From Octopus bimaculoides (taxonomy: Eukaryota), in NCBI RefSeq assembly GCF_001194135.2, contig NC_069005.1, positions 3,638,374 to 3,702,373 of the forward strand: DNA of 64,000 bases, written 5' to 3'. Shown in pieces: positions 1-13,069 of this stretch; positions within the stretch are counted from its first letter, which is position 1, and each line of letters opens with the position of its first letter. The translations under genes were made by a program, and so were the position numbers. The notes below the pieces were generated by a model that saw only the letters and a list, made by a program, of their open reading frames with translations, made no database searches and was not told the DNA's origin.

Positions 1-16
1 AAATGCAAAATGTTAC

Positions 17-213
17 CTTTCAGATAGCTTGTTAGGGATGCATCTTCCGATATTTCCAATAACAATAATTGCAAAATTAATTACCAAATGAATAAAAATG
101 AAAATGATAGTTTTCTTGACTAGCTCGGCACAGAGTTCTCCGCCACCATCCTCATTGTTTTCATCTCTGCCGTTGTCGTCACCAATAAATTTTATTTGTG
201 ATGGAAATGCACA
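17..213 (-). CDS. Candidate internal exon (unverified), 197 nt: CAFPSQIKFIGDDNGRDENNEDGGGELCAELVKKTIIFIFIHLVINFAIIVIGNIGRCIPNKLSE
   Basis: Open frame bounded by an AG acceptor (RC of ct 214-215, long pyrimidine tract upstream) and an AAG|GTAACA donor (RC of ac 15-16). It encodes an acidic stretch then a hydrophobic stretch. No homology recognised, and AT-rich or low-complexity DNA can mimic this. Confidence 0.3.
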
Positions 214-1074
214 CTAAGATAATATCTTGGTTCAAGGGTAGTAAAAAGGAGATGAAAAACATTTATTTCCCAAAACGAAATAAAAACAAAACCATACAGA
301 AACACATGCATACAGACACAAACAAATACGAACAGAGACATGTATGTGCGCGCGTGCAATTTAGCGTGTGTTGGACGTAAACTAATTATTTTGGAAATTA
401 CATTAGTGAATGAAGTTTTCGTTTCACCTTATCAATTATATTAATTTTTTTCACACCATCTGAATTATTTCAAGTGTAATTATTCCTTTTTATTTATTTT
501 TTCTGATATTTCTTGTACATTTTCGGTTTTTAATGTGTGTTGAATCAAACGAAATACCGAGTGTCAAATTTACCATAAATATTGTACTAAATATATTATT
601 AAATCTATTTTAGTTTCAGCATCAAGGGTTTCGATACCTTAATTGGAGGGAGTGATAATCTGCCTAGGGTGTAACTTTAAAGTGCTTCAATCCGAAGGGC
701 CCTGGAGTGACAGTTGTGGGTTTTTCAGGTGTGTGCAACAACTACGTGGCCACAGTTGTCAAATTTACTTTCATCCAGCGAATTAGTACGAGTCAGGTTG
801 CCAGCTCTCATCTGAGTTGCATGTAACCACCAGAGATAGGGTACGTTGGAATCATGGGATTAATTAAGTGCGGTAGGCGTGAACTACTTTGGAGTAAACT
901 TATTTAGTCGATGGCCAATATTACATGGCGCTCAGTGAATGAACATTCAATAAACTGTAAAAGGCCATTCCATTTAACAAACTACTGACATCAACGGCAA
1001 TCGTTGTGTGTACAGATGAGGTATCTCAGCTAACAGACGAACAATATGATTTATTGGTCCGGGTTAATCAAGTG

Positions 1075-1250
1075 AATCTTAAAGACGGAGGGCGAAGTAA
1101 TATAATCGTTCTCATGTATTGTCTGGGAGCTCACCTGCGACGGGACGGCGTCCCATCCAGGTGGGAAACCTATACGCCAATGAGACCGGGAAACCGGCCC
1201 GTATGAAGTAGTTATGGTACGAGAAGGAACAAACAACAGCAACAACAAAT
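1075..1250 (+). mobile_element. SINE-type 3' tail fragment ending in (CAA)n-like tail
   Basis: acctgcgacgggacggcgtcccatccagg...accgggaaaccggcccgtatga...gagaaggaacaaacaacagcaacaacaa resembles the gcgatggactggcgtcccatccagg module of widespread aquatic-animal SINEs (recalled). Simple-repeat tail. Confidence 0.55.
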
Positions 1251-2220
1251 AAAAGCTTGAATATTCATATATTAAATAACAAGTTTAGTAAATCATATTT
1301 TAAAATGAACAAGAAATCATTATTTTATGGTGGTAAGCAGTTTTACTTAGATAATATATAAATGATATGCCAGTGTGCAATATTTTGTAACATATTGATA
1401 TCATTTTGTTAAGAGTCGTTCGCTCAGCAATGACAATGTTCGGAGATTGCATACTTAGAAATAATTCCCGGGAAAGCGGAGCTGATCCCTTGGATCCGCT
1501 CTCATAATAGTTCCGCTAATCCAATAGCAACAATACAAAGTACGTAGCCCTTAAAACGGTTTTGTGCATTTACAGAGCCTACCAAACTGTATTACACAGG
1601 ATATTGTTTTTAGGAATTCCCAATAAGCTATGAATACCCAAATTGTGAAGTCAGTTATGTAATAACATGAAATTAGAGTGGGATTGGACCCGTAGCCCAT
1701 TTTAATTTCCTTGCAAAGCGAGTATCTTCGATCATACATCTGCGATGCTGGTTTGGTTCTTTCCACGATCACTATAGGGCTTGTAAATTTGATATTTGTC
1801 ACTCGTATTCATAGTCACGTTTGTGTAACTTTAACTAAAAAGCAGAACCACGAAATGCAGTCATTCTATTGTCTGCAATGTTAAAATTAAAAGCGAAACA
1901 AAGGAAAATGTTTGATTGTCTCTTCATCCATAAGCCATTTCCACCAATTATTCTGAGGAATGCGTCGTTTGGTTAGAGTTGTCAGGACTCTCCTGCATAG
2001 AGTTCTATCAGAAGCAATCGTCATTAGACTTTCTTCGGAGTTTCGAATCGAGACTATTTACGTCTACAGATATTATTCAGCAATGTTGCTTACTTTTTTC
2101 CTTTTGGTTTCGGTTTCAAGAATCCGTCTTCCGTGTGAAGACTCTGTCTTTTCTTGCGTCATTACAAATCAATGTGGAGTGCATTCGTGAAGTCATTTCC
2201 ACTCAGTTAAAAAAGGGTAA

Positions 2221-2534
2221 TGAATGAACAAGAGATTTCACCTAGAAATTTACCCTCCGAGGTACAAGCGCGGGCGAGGTAGTTTATAAAATGATCAGCG
2301 CTCACCCTGCATACCAGCTTCCCTTCTCTATGCCACCGATGTTATCCAAGGGGAAAGCAAAGGCTGATAGACTCGGGTACCAGTGATGCTGCAACTCATT
2401 TCTATGATTGAGTGAACTGGAGCAACTTGAAATGAAGTGACAGCTCAAGAAGACAACATACAACTCGGTCCGGGATTCGAACTCACTACCTCATGATTAT
2501 GAGCACGACGCTCTAACCACCGAGCTACACGTCT
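2221..2534 (-). mobile_element. tRNA-derived SINE, family C (near full length)
   Basis: RC reads gtgtagctcggtggttagagcgtcg...gagttcgaatccc (Pol III A and B boxes). Body shares ctccagttcactca / cccttggataac / gagggtaa.tttctaggtg with the copy at 18276-18520. Confidence 0.85.
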
Positions 2535-2988
2535 TTATAGGTACTTACCGATCAGTATAGGTAAAGGTATGCACCTCACAAAATCGTTTATGATCCATTC
2601 ACTGGCAGAGGTATAGCACGAATTATCTCCGATAAGTTGTGTGCCGTCAGAAGCATGCAGACCAACAGGATATGCAAGCTTTTGGATAATATAAACAAGC
2701 AAACGCACACACGCACACACACACATTGCTTTTGTACCTACGGACCCAGTTTTTCGATTAGGATCGCTTTGATTTCAAAAATTCGAGCTTTATGTTACAG
2801 GCTTCACGTGATACACTGACGATGTTTAAAAGGAAAACACCATCGGGCACTGGCATTAATTACTAGAAATGGCTTAAAGATCTACTTCTCTACTTCCTTT
2901 ATCAACGCAGAGAGAGTGAGAGGAAAGGGGGAGGAAGATTGTGATAGCCAGAGAAACGGAGAGAGAGAGAGAGAGAGAGAGAGGTGAT

Positions 2989-3029
<41 letters not shown>

Positions 3030-3088
3030 GAATATGTTGAGATCTCTTATCCACGGACAAAGAAGCAAACAAGCACGATTGAAAATAA

Positions 3089-3116
3089 TACCTCCGCCTT
3101 CACTAAGGCGGAGGTA
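3089..3116. other. Perfect 12-bp hairpin TACCTCCGCCTT-cact-AAGGCGGAGGTA; possible 5' end of a Helentron-associated (HINE/DINE-like) element
   Basis: Stem and loop read directly. The element assignment is inference from the tacctccgcc-type 5' stem-loop architecture. Confidence 0.5.
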
Positions 3117-3689
3117 ATGAGGTATCGTTAAAGCTCACGATGAAAATACTGACTAATTGTTTGGAAAATAAGTATATATATATATATCTCTGTAGCAGAT
3201 TATAATATTTGTGCGTGACAATTATCAAGTATAGGTATAAATTATGTATAATATTTAATATAAATATAAATTGTGAAACGTGACTTCGGAAAACAATATA
3301 TTAACCATAAGTGTTTATTATTTTATGTCATAGAAGGGCAAACTTGTTAGTGAGTCGGAAAAAAGTATCATTTACTGCTTGTTTGGAAAAAACAATAAAT
3401 GTGTGGATTGCTTCGTCTATGATGTTTCATTAAAATTTAAACTGTTTCTGAAAAAAAAAATTTAACACAAATAATAATTATTATTTATAGTAATTATAAT
3501 GGTTTTGATATCTTTCTCGATATTTTATTCATACACATCAGTATCTTCATGAAGTTCATCATATTCGAAATCATCATCACAAACAAATAGAAGCATTTTC
3601 ATTTATTTATTTTAGAAATATCTTTTATTCAGTATTGTGAATTCATTGGTATTTTGATCAGTTATATTTGCTGGGTAGCAGTCCAAAAT

Positions 3690-3830
3690 AGGTTACGCTC
3701 GTCTTAATCGTCATCACGTTGATCAGCCGCCTCATCATCATCACCACCACCATCATCATCATCTTCATCGTCACCACCACCGTCACCATCATGATCAACG
3801 TCGTCTTCGTTGTCATCATCATACAACATC
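3690..3830. repeat. Degenerate (ATC/CAC)n trinucleotide low-complexity tract
   Basis: catcatcaccaccaccatcatcatcatcttcatcgtcaccaccacc. Confidence 0.85.
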
Positions 3831-4063
3831 ATTATGGCCGCCAACAGAACATTTTATTTTGTCTTCTGTCTCAAAGAATCTAATTCATTATATACGCCAT
3901 ACCTCATATCCTTCGACATGTTTGTTTTATTCATTATGCCAACCATAATTAAATTTACTTTTTTTCATTTTATATATTTTTTCATCTCTTCTCCATTTCG
4001 AATTCAGATATGATTCTGATTTAAGAACACAACACGAAATAAAAATACTAAAGAACGAATATG

Positions 4064-4126
<63 letters not shown>

Positions 4127-4882
4127 GGATACACACACACACATATATATATATTTAGAGAGAGAGAGAGGAAGATAGATAGATAGATTTGTCGTTGTGC
4201 TGTAGTGAATAATAGGTGTGCATGACGTACAAATTCAGTTACAAATCACGTGGGTTTATTTTTTATTCCACCTTAATAACAATATAGATTTATTTTACAC
4301 CATCTGCATTATTTCAAATACAATTATACCTTGGAGTTTATTTTTCTCTTACATCTTTGAAGGAAATTGCTTCGAAACAAACTAAAGGTCGAATCTAATA
4401 TTTATCATTAATACGAGGATGAATGGTTGTGTTTTCTGTTTTGATACATGTTATTCACATTATGATAGTCGAATGTTTAAGACGTTCGTTCCGCAAGTAT
4501 GAGTTCACAGGTTCGAGATCCGTTGAGTGGAATCTTGACAAAATACTTTTTTTTATATAGTCTCGTTCTTGACAATATAAGGTCAGTGAAACTGAGTCGA
4601 TGGAAACTGTATCGATGGTCGAAGAGATGATGCATACACTGTTCCTGACGAACATTTAAAGCGAAAAATCCTACATGACATATAGACTGACATGAATGAG
4701 ATATAAAGCTAATATATTTAAAGTTTGAGAAATATGAAGAAACTTTATATGGTTTAACGATCGAAATAGGAGGCTTGGTATGTTTCAAACAATGCAGCAA
4801 GAATTGGAAAGAAAGTAACGATGCTGGGATGTTTGCACAATGTTAGAACATTATTCCACAATGTTCTAACACTAACACAAAG

Positions 4883-5098
4883 GGCGGTGAGTTGGCAGAA
4901 TCGTTAGCACACCGGGCGGTATTTCGTCTGCCGTTACGTTCTGAGTTCAAATTCCATCGAGGTTGACTTTGCCTTTCATCCTTTCGGGGTCGATTAAATA
5001 AGTACCAGTTACGCTCTGGGGTCGATGTAATCAACTTCACTTTGTCTGTCCTTGTTTCTCCCCTCTACGTTTAGCCCCCTGTTGCCAATAAAGAAATA
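4883..5098 (+). mobile_element. tRNA-derived SINE, family B (full length)
   Basis: Head ggcggtgagttggcagaatcgttagc, B-box-like gagttcaaattcc, body gttgactttgcctttcatcctttcggggtcgat..aagtaccagtt..ctggggtcgatgtaatc, tail aataaagaaata. Several related copies in this window. Confidence 0.9.
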
Positions 5099-5257
5099 CA
5101 TATTCTAACACTAGTTGCGTCGGTTTGTATGCTGTATAATACGGTAGTTCATTGAAGCTTGTCTCGATCTGTGTCATAGGTTGTTTGTCAGAGAAGCGCA
5201 GTAAGGTTACACATACCTGTGAAATATTCAACCATGTTTATTCAGACGTATGTACTT

Positions 5258-5575
5258 NNNNNNNNNNNNNNNNNNNNNNNNNNNNNNNNNNNNNNNNNNN
5301 NNNNNNNNNNNNNNNNNNNNNNNNNNNNNNNNNNNNNNNNNNNNNNNNNNNNNNNNNNNNNNNNNNNNNNNNNNNNNNNNNNNNNNNNNNNNNNNNNNNN
5401 NNNNNNNNNNNNNNNNNNNNNNNNNNNNNNNNNNNNNNNNNNNNNNNNNNNNNNNNNNNNNNNNNNNNNNNNNNNNNNNNNNNNNNNNNNNNNNNNNNNN
5501 NNNNNNNNNNNNNNNNNNNNNNNNNNNNNNNNNNNNNNNNNNNNNNNNNNNNNNNNNNNNNNNNNNNNNNNNNNN
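5258..5575. other. Assembly gap. Other N-gaps at 10706-10861, 11744-11899, 16720-17555, 19823-19879, 21052-21568, ~33097-33184, 56937-56973, 62314-62386
   Basis: N runs, nearly all abutting (AT)n or (TG)n microsatellites. Confidence 0.98.
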
Positions 5576-5608
<33 letters not shown>

Positions 5609-6410
5609 CTGTAAAATGTCAGCATAGAGACTATTTAATTCTGCAACAACTTTAACAAAAACTGAATACATTATAGTTTAAACACCTATGGTCCCAGAAG
5701 TAAAGCACAATTTACCATTATGAAAATATTTAAATGTCGTCCTTCGTACTGGACAATTCGTAACTGTTTTACTTTCATATCACTTTGTTAAATTGTCTGA
5801 TCAATGTCAATAAATTCTGGAGACGACATACCCAGGAGTATTACACTAATATCCCACTTTGATACCATTCAATGTCTATGTGTCTATTTAATATGAACGC
5901 TAAGATTTCTTGATACTATCGATATACTTTCTCTCTATTTATCATAATTCGGTTTTGATTGATTATTCCCAAAATTCCAAGAGGATTTATAAAGTCGCCA
6001 TTCTGGCGTCTACTCCGTTGGAATAGTTACTTACAATTCACCAAGAGAAATGTTTGACGCGAAGCTTGTTGATTAATACTTTGTATCAAGCTATGTATAT
6101 TACTGGTACCAAAGGAAGCTAATAATACACGTCTCGGGTTAGTGCGATCTGCAGAGCTTCCACACTTGGTCTCTCAAATCTCAGTCTTGTTTTATTTATA
6201 TTAAACTTATGATAGTCATTCGCATGCAGCTTTGCTAAAACGTATGGTTCGATGGTTTTCTTTCAATTGCATGATTCCTAGTAAATACTTCGCAATCAAT
6301 ATATATGAGACGTTCAATGAACAGTAGTGCATGATGAGATAATTAAATGAGTTGTAATTAGCAACACTCAGTTCGATTTCAGTACAACGTCTTACTGATT
6401 TGCATATACA

Positions 6411-6467
<57 letters not shown>

Positions 6468-6559
6468 CAATCACACTCACGATAACACATACATGCATAG
6501 AGACATACATATACATACAAGCACATACCTATAGACGCACAAACATATATGTATATATG

Positions 6560-6602
<43 letters not shown>

Positions 6603-7899
6603 ATACACTTAATTGTGCTGTAGCATCATAACAAACGAATTATACTACACGACATTACAGGACATGTTAAAACACTGTTGTTAGTAACAAATAGTTTCAA
6701 TATATAGTCACGGGCAATAACTGTATTTGACAGACTTTGCTCTTTAAAATGTTTGAATCGCTATATATGGTGATTCAAATTCAGAAAAAAAGAAAAATAA
6801 TAATAATAATAATGACACAGACTTGGTGCACAAAAAAAAAATCAAATAATAGGTTAAATAATATAAAAAAAAAGTTTATCATAAAGATTCAGTTTCTAGA
6901 GATGTAGCCGATCATCCCATAGTGGCTAAATGAATAAAACATGAGAAAAATAGAGAATAGGATAAATAAATGAATGAATAGAGAAAATAAACTTATGGAA
7001 AAAAATGAGGAAAAATATGAAAGGTATAAAGATCGATATAGGCGGTTTTGTTTGTTAAAGACTATGTATTTGTTTAGGTGTATGTAGTTCGATGAATAGC
7101 AAAGTGACCTAACCTATTGGAATTTCAGGCAAGGCTGATTTAGGCAGACATATATGTCGTTCGCAGACCACTGATAACGAAATCATCACACACTCATAAT
7201 TCATACGAGTTTTCTACGAAACATTCGTAGACATGCATTCACACACACACACACACATACACACAACCCAACCCCATAGACATTAGTTCGCATGCACAAA
7301 ATAAAATTCCCCAAGGAGACACAGAATGGAACTGAACGCGGAACCATACGGCTGGGAATAAGCTTCTTTCGCCTATAATCAGGGAAAGCACAATTTCGCG
7401 CACTGACTGTATCTACCTTTTCGGACTGTATCTATCTATACGGAAATGTTCTTGTACTCTCCAGGTGTCGGTGGTGTTGTTTTTAGTTCAGACGAACGTT
7501 GGTAGCGTCGACGCAAATTTAGCTTATAAGAGGTTCCGACATAGTAAGATATATATATATATATACATAGTCAATGATAGTCTTCATTAGACAATCTAGT
7601 TAGATGCAACGTACCTAAATATCTGTTGTAGCTGTAACCCCCTCCCCAATTTAACCTGTTATCCAGCAAACACATTAACAACTGCAATACATCGTGTATC
7701 GAACTTAGTATACCCTGGATTACAACATTCAATGTATCCTTATATTTCCATGATGGTCGTATGCATTTTCATAAAAATTTACTACTAATTTTAGCAGATC
7801 AAAGGACCTGCAAAACTTCCCCTCCCCGTAGGCTTACTGTGGCGATGTTGGGTATGTCAATCGTGTTGGATCGAACCTATGATTGAAACCACTCTATCT

Positions 7900-8045
7900 G
7901 TGACCAATCCACCGTATTGCATCATGACTACATTTTCCAATATATCGCTTAAACATTTCTAAAACACGGCAGGTTGTCATTCAAATAAATCTTGGCTGCC
8001 GTTTTTAACAAGTCGAGCGACCACAAAACCACCTCCCGTGGTGCG
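7900..8045 (-). mobile_element. Degenerate SINE-type 3' tail
   Basis: RC ggtcgctcgacttgttaaaaacggcagccaa... is similar to ggtcgttcaagctgctagaagcagcaacc at ~55199 (+). Confidence 0.45.
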
Positions 8046-9031
8046 TCGTTGTTTTAGTTGCTGTTGGTGGTGGTTCGGTGGTAATATGAAAATTACTTGG
8101 AGAACATATGTGCAAAGTTTACTTTTAGGTTATTTACATACAGCTTCGTCGTGTACCTGTTACCATGTCTCTGTTGAAACTGCTAAACTAATTATGAGAT
8201 TTTAGGACAAGGAAGTTAGTTTTATGTTTGAAAATATACTATCTAAAGCGATGTAATAATAAAATAAAAGAAAAGCGGAATTGTAATGGATACATCAGTT
8301 AAGCTACATTATAAGATTAAATTATCGAAAATCGACCATTGAATTAGATCAGAGTTGCCATAAGCGAATGAATACGGTACACATTTCTGAAACTTGTAAA
8401 TCATGACTATGCGCTCTCCTGCATGCATTACAATTTCTCTTTCTAGACAAGAACATTTAAATCTATTTACGGAGTAGAAATAAAATGTTATTATGCTCAA
8501 CCAGCAAAATTTCAATCAACCATTTCAATGCGCAATGTGTTCAGAATGTTGCGAAACATTTTCGTTAAAATCACGGGTGTTAAGGAAGAAACGAGGCTGA
8601 AATTTTTCACGTATTAAAAATTTCGCTTTGCAATTGTATGGCTTTTGGTTCGATTTCGTGTCCCGCCAGTATAAGTAATTATTCACTATTGTATCGTTTG
8701 TGTAATAAAAAAAAATCTTCATGACAGAAATATAAAAGACGATGAGAGTGGTTAATTGGGTAAGCTCATTATGTGATGTGTATGTATATATGTGTCTGTT
8801 TGCCTTTTGATATATATCTGATATCGGATGTATTAAAAGGCAAACCTATCCGATATTTCATTTCTTATAACAATCTACTCTAATAATACTCCTGTGTTTT
8901 TTTTCCGTCACAACATATCTGAAAGGAAGGAGTGGTAGATGAATAAGAAAGGAAGGGGTGAGAGCAACCTGATGTTGTGAGCGTTTCAACTCTGTGTGAG
9001 TATGTTAAAGGGAGGTGTGTGAATGTCTATT

Positions 9032-9064
<33 letters not shown>

Positions 9065-9429
9065 ACAATAGATGTGGGATGGTGAACATTCAACCCTGAA
9101 AAGAAAAGTCAAACCGCGTTTCAACTCTGTGTGGGTATATGTGTGTATGTGTACCCGTGTACAATGGAAATATATGAATGTATGTATGAACCAGTGTTCT
9201 TTCAGTAACAAACGGTGATAGACGTCACATCTCAAAAGACAACCACTAGATAACATTGACAAGTGTATTAATTTAATTTACCATCCATGTTTATATATAT
9301 AATACTCCAATTAGCAGTCATAATGACTAGTATTGTAATTATAGCTGAGTCATCCCGGTATTACAATTTCCCTTCATATAGTAAAACCGCATTGGATTCC
9401 ATGACTTTTGCCCGCATTTGGTAGAGTGA

Positions 9430-9815
9430 CTAAGAACATTGCTCTCATTATTCTTATTGTTTGTTTACTTGTTTCAGTCATTTGACTGCGGCCATGCTGG
9501 GCCAACGCCTTTAAGGAGTTTAGTGCAAGAAGCTGTCAAAAGGCTCATTTAATGTGGTACATCAACAACAGCCATCTCACTGGTTTGAGCGTGGGCTTAA
9601 TGGCAATGGTCACAATCCCTTACTCTAGTAAAAAACAAAACAAACGTTCACTCTCCCAAAATTTATGATCTTCTAAAAGATATTATGGTGTGTGAGGTAA
9701 GTTTCTAAATTAGATGGGTAGCAGAAGTGGTTGGGTGGATCTATGCGCCAACATGGATGAATAATGTTGTCGACACCTGCTGAATTCGAACTCAGAAGTA
9801 TGCGGTTAGGAACCG
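9430..9815 (-). mobile_element. Two degenerate SINE fragments (family A tail ~9460-9520; family B head ~9750-9815)
   Basis: gtttcagtcatttgactgcggccatgctgg is the RC of the family A tail at ~27085-27110. tgaattcgaactcagaa is the RC of the family B B-box region. Confidence 0.6.
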
Positions 9816-9850
9816 ATTTTCTCCCCCTATCCGTCGCTCTCTGCTCTCTG

Positions 9851-9953
<103 letters not shown>

Positions 9954-10670
9954 TCCTTGCTTACCTCTTCGTCTCTGTCATCTCAGACAATTCAGGACAT
10001 TAGCTAACGTGAAAAGACGTAGCTTAACCCTGCAAGGCAACTTGCCCGAGGTCCCTGGTCCATTTTCACAAAACAAAAATCCTTAATATCAAGGTAATTT
10101 AAGGTTCCTCCGAGTTTTGCACAAGACCAGCAATTTTGAGCGAATTACACACGAACTCTCACACGCGCACAAACTCATCAACACAAACACATATGCAGAC
10201 GTACAAATAATGAATCGCGAATAAATTTTACTGAATACAAACGTCTTCCATTTTGTCATTCATATCAGCACTTAGAGAAGGGAGGTGTCAAAAATCCTAG
10301 GTGGATACGAACGTAATATTGGGGGATATTTAAAGAAAATGTGTTTATAGCCCCCCCCCCCCAACAAACACACACAAACACATACACAACAAGAACAACA
10401 AAGATTTTATACCTAAAGTATATGATGATTATGATGTGGAAGAATCTGTCTAATTTTGGGGACGACCTATATACATATCTGTATGGGGATATAGTTATGC
10501 AAAATACACAGAGCACATGCATACGGAAATATATACACGTATATATATGCACTTATGTGAAAGTGTGATTGTATATTCACAAAAACTCACGGGCACCTAT
10601 ACACACATACACATATTAAATAGAAAAAAAAGTAGCGAATCCAATTCTCTATCTGTATCTACACACACAC

Positions 10671-10705
<35 letters not shown>

Positions 10706-10892
10706 NNNNNNNNNNNNNNNNNNNNNNNNNNNNNNNNNNNNNNNNNNNNNNNNNNNNNNNNNNNNNNNNNNNNNNNNNNNNNNNNNNNNNNNNNNNNNNN
10801 NNNNNNNNNNNNNNNNNNNNNNNNNNNNNNNNNNNNNNNNNNNNNNNNNNNNNNNNNNNNNATATATATACAAGCACGCACACACACACACA

Positions 10893-10941
<49 letters not shown>

Positions 10942-11637
10942 GTATTTGTCATGACTAGATTTGTGGTGTTCTCAGCGCGTGCACCAACCGGTTTTCTTTC
11001 TTCTATCATGCGTGATTCAATCGATTATCATATAGTCAAACAATGCCTATTGTCTTTAATATAGACTGCTATATGTTTATCTACATATTTCCTTTTATTT
11101 GCTTTTATTTGCTTTGTTTTTACTTGTTTGTATATGGTTTCCTATGTTTTTGTTTTTGTTGGAGTTTCTTCTGTTCTTCCTATTCGCATGAAATGTGGGA
11201 AGAGATTCAGACGTGCACTCTTCGAATAGAGGAAAGAGAAAATCAAATAGAAACAACCAGACCAACGAACCGTATATAAATTTTGTGGTATAAGTTTTTT
11301 TTTTTTATTGATATATATATACTTCGACTTGGCACAAACCCAATATTACATTTAGGAATATATAATAAGAGTAGTGGAGTGGCATAAGTATATATAGCAT
11401 GCAGAACTAAATGCATGACAGTATTTAGTTACGTCCCTTTAACTTCCTGATTTCAAATCTCACTAGATGCAATGTAAAATGTTTTTTACTATAGTTATTT
11501 TTATTTCTTGTTTCTTTATCTTGTATTACTGTTTGGGCCGCATGTCAAACCTCATCGAATATCAAAGATTTTGTATGAGAGAAGAATAGATATAAAAATA
11601 GTGTTGCCTTTTTCATTGTATAGAAAATATATACATG

Positions 11638-11681
<44 letters not shown>

Positions 11682-11708
11682 TATATACACGTATTTATAC
11701 ACAAGTGC

Positions 11709-11743
<35 letters not shown>

Positions 11744-11906
11744 NNNNNNNNNNNNNNNNNNNNNNNNNNNNNNNNNNNNNNNNNNNNNNNNNNNNNNNNN
11801 NNNNNNNNNNNNNNNNNNNNNNNNNNNNNNNNNNNNNNNNNNNNNNNNNNNNNNNNNNNNNNNNNNNNNNNNNNNNNNNNNNNNNNNNNNNNNNNNNNNA
11901 TATATA

Positions 11907-12244
11907 AAGACTATTTGCCAACATAATGTGGCAGTCCTAGATGGGTCGATTGTTAAAGTTACTTTGCCCCAGGACACGTCGTTTCCAGCTGGCTATACGA
12001 TACAATATCTGTGTCCTTAGATTTTCGAACAGCAACATCGGTGGACCGATTTCTGTGTTTTTGCGCTTTCTCAGTACAGACTAGCTGCTTTGTGCTCGAT
12101 TGGACTGCTGACCTCCCCTGTTCGAAAATATAAGGACACAGATATTGTGTCGTATAACCAGCTGGACACGACATTTCTCGAGGCTAAAACAACAGTAAGA
12201 ATCATCCCATCCAAGACTGCCACATTATGTAGGCAAATATTCTT
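11907..12244. mobile_element. Foldback / MITE-like element with ~121-bp inverted arms and 85-bp spacer
   Basis: Arm 11912-12032 vs RC of 12118-12239 is ~83% identical by hand alignment (tatttgcc.acataatgtggcagtc...tccagctgg.tatacga.acaatatctgtgtcctta.attttcgaacag). No clear TSD. Confidence 0.75.
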
Positions 12245-13069
12245 CACTTTAACTTACCGTTACTAGATATTTCTCTCTGAGAGATTTAGGACACATATTT
12301 TATGCTTTATCTTTTCCTATTTGTTGATTTGTTGCTTCTTCATCTTAAGTTTATGCGTTGGTTTGTACTATTGTGCTATAGACATCATCCTCATTTACAC
12401 AAATGAAAACACAGTGGAAAAACGTAGGTTATATTGACTTCTCAACGATATACACTATCATTTTGCTACAAGCGTAAATTAATTATGATCAATACATAGT
12501 AATATCTCTCAAGTATTTTAGTATGTTATGTACGTAACTTGCTGAAAGGAGGAGTTGAAAATAATGAGAAGAAACAAGTAGGGACTTGGAAAATTTTATA
12601 AGTATCACAGCAATTCATGAATGTGACTGGAAGTGCTCTCCCAGTAAGAACATAATCTTCACATTTGTTACAGTATATGCTTTGAATTGTCATTTTTTAA
12701 AAACTACTTCATATCTATATAATATGTTGGACTTCCGCTACAATAGTTATAAGCAATGATGATTCAAATTCATGCAACAAGACCATTATCCGTAAACAAA
12801 TTACGCTATTAAACGGGCAGCTTTTAACTGCATGAACTTGTCTTTTTTTTTTTAATCAGAAATCTAACCTTTCCAACAGTTGGCATAGAAATATTAGTTT
12901 TCTCTTCAACGTTTATGAAAACATTGATAGATTATCATTGAGAGCGAGGTCTCTGTACAGAGTTTCATTGCAAGAGAGTTAATATTTGTTCACTCACCCA
13001 GACTTTCTCTTACTTTGTAGTATACATGTTAACGAATTCTTCAAAGACAAAGGAAATGTCATTTTGTAA

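Noticed and set aside
2460-2534. tRNA-like A/B boxes here and at 4883, 18055, 26724, 46400 and 63007
   Set aside because: These are SINE heads followed by SINE bodies. No cloverleaf could be completed, so they are not called as tRNA genes.
2549-2678. Minus-strand open frame ending at a perfect G|GTAAGT donor (LAYPVGLHASDG...PILI)
   Set aside because: Weak AAG acceptor, not phase-compatible with the 17-213 candidate, and no recognisable homology.
4841-4871. 12-bp hairpin tgttagaacatt-attccac-aatgttctaaca (similar small hairpins at ~1480, ~44708 and ~50725)
   Set aside because: Short and mostly AT-rich, with no associated structure. A few are expected in 64 kb.
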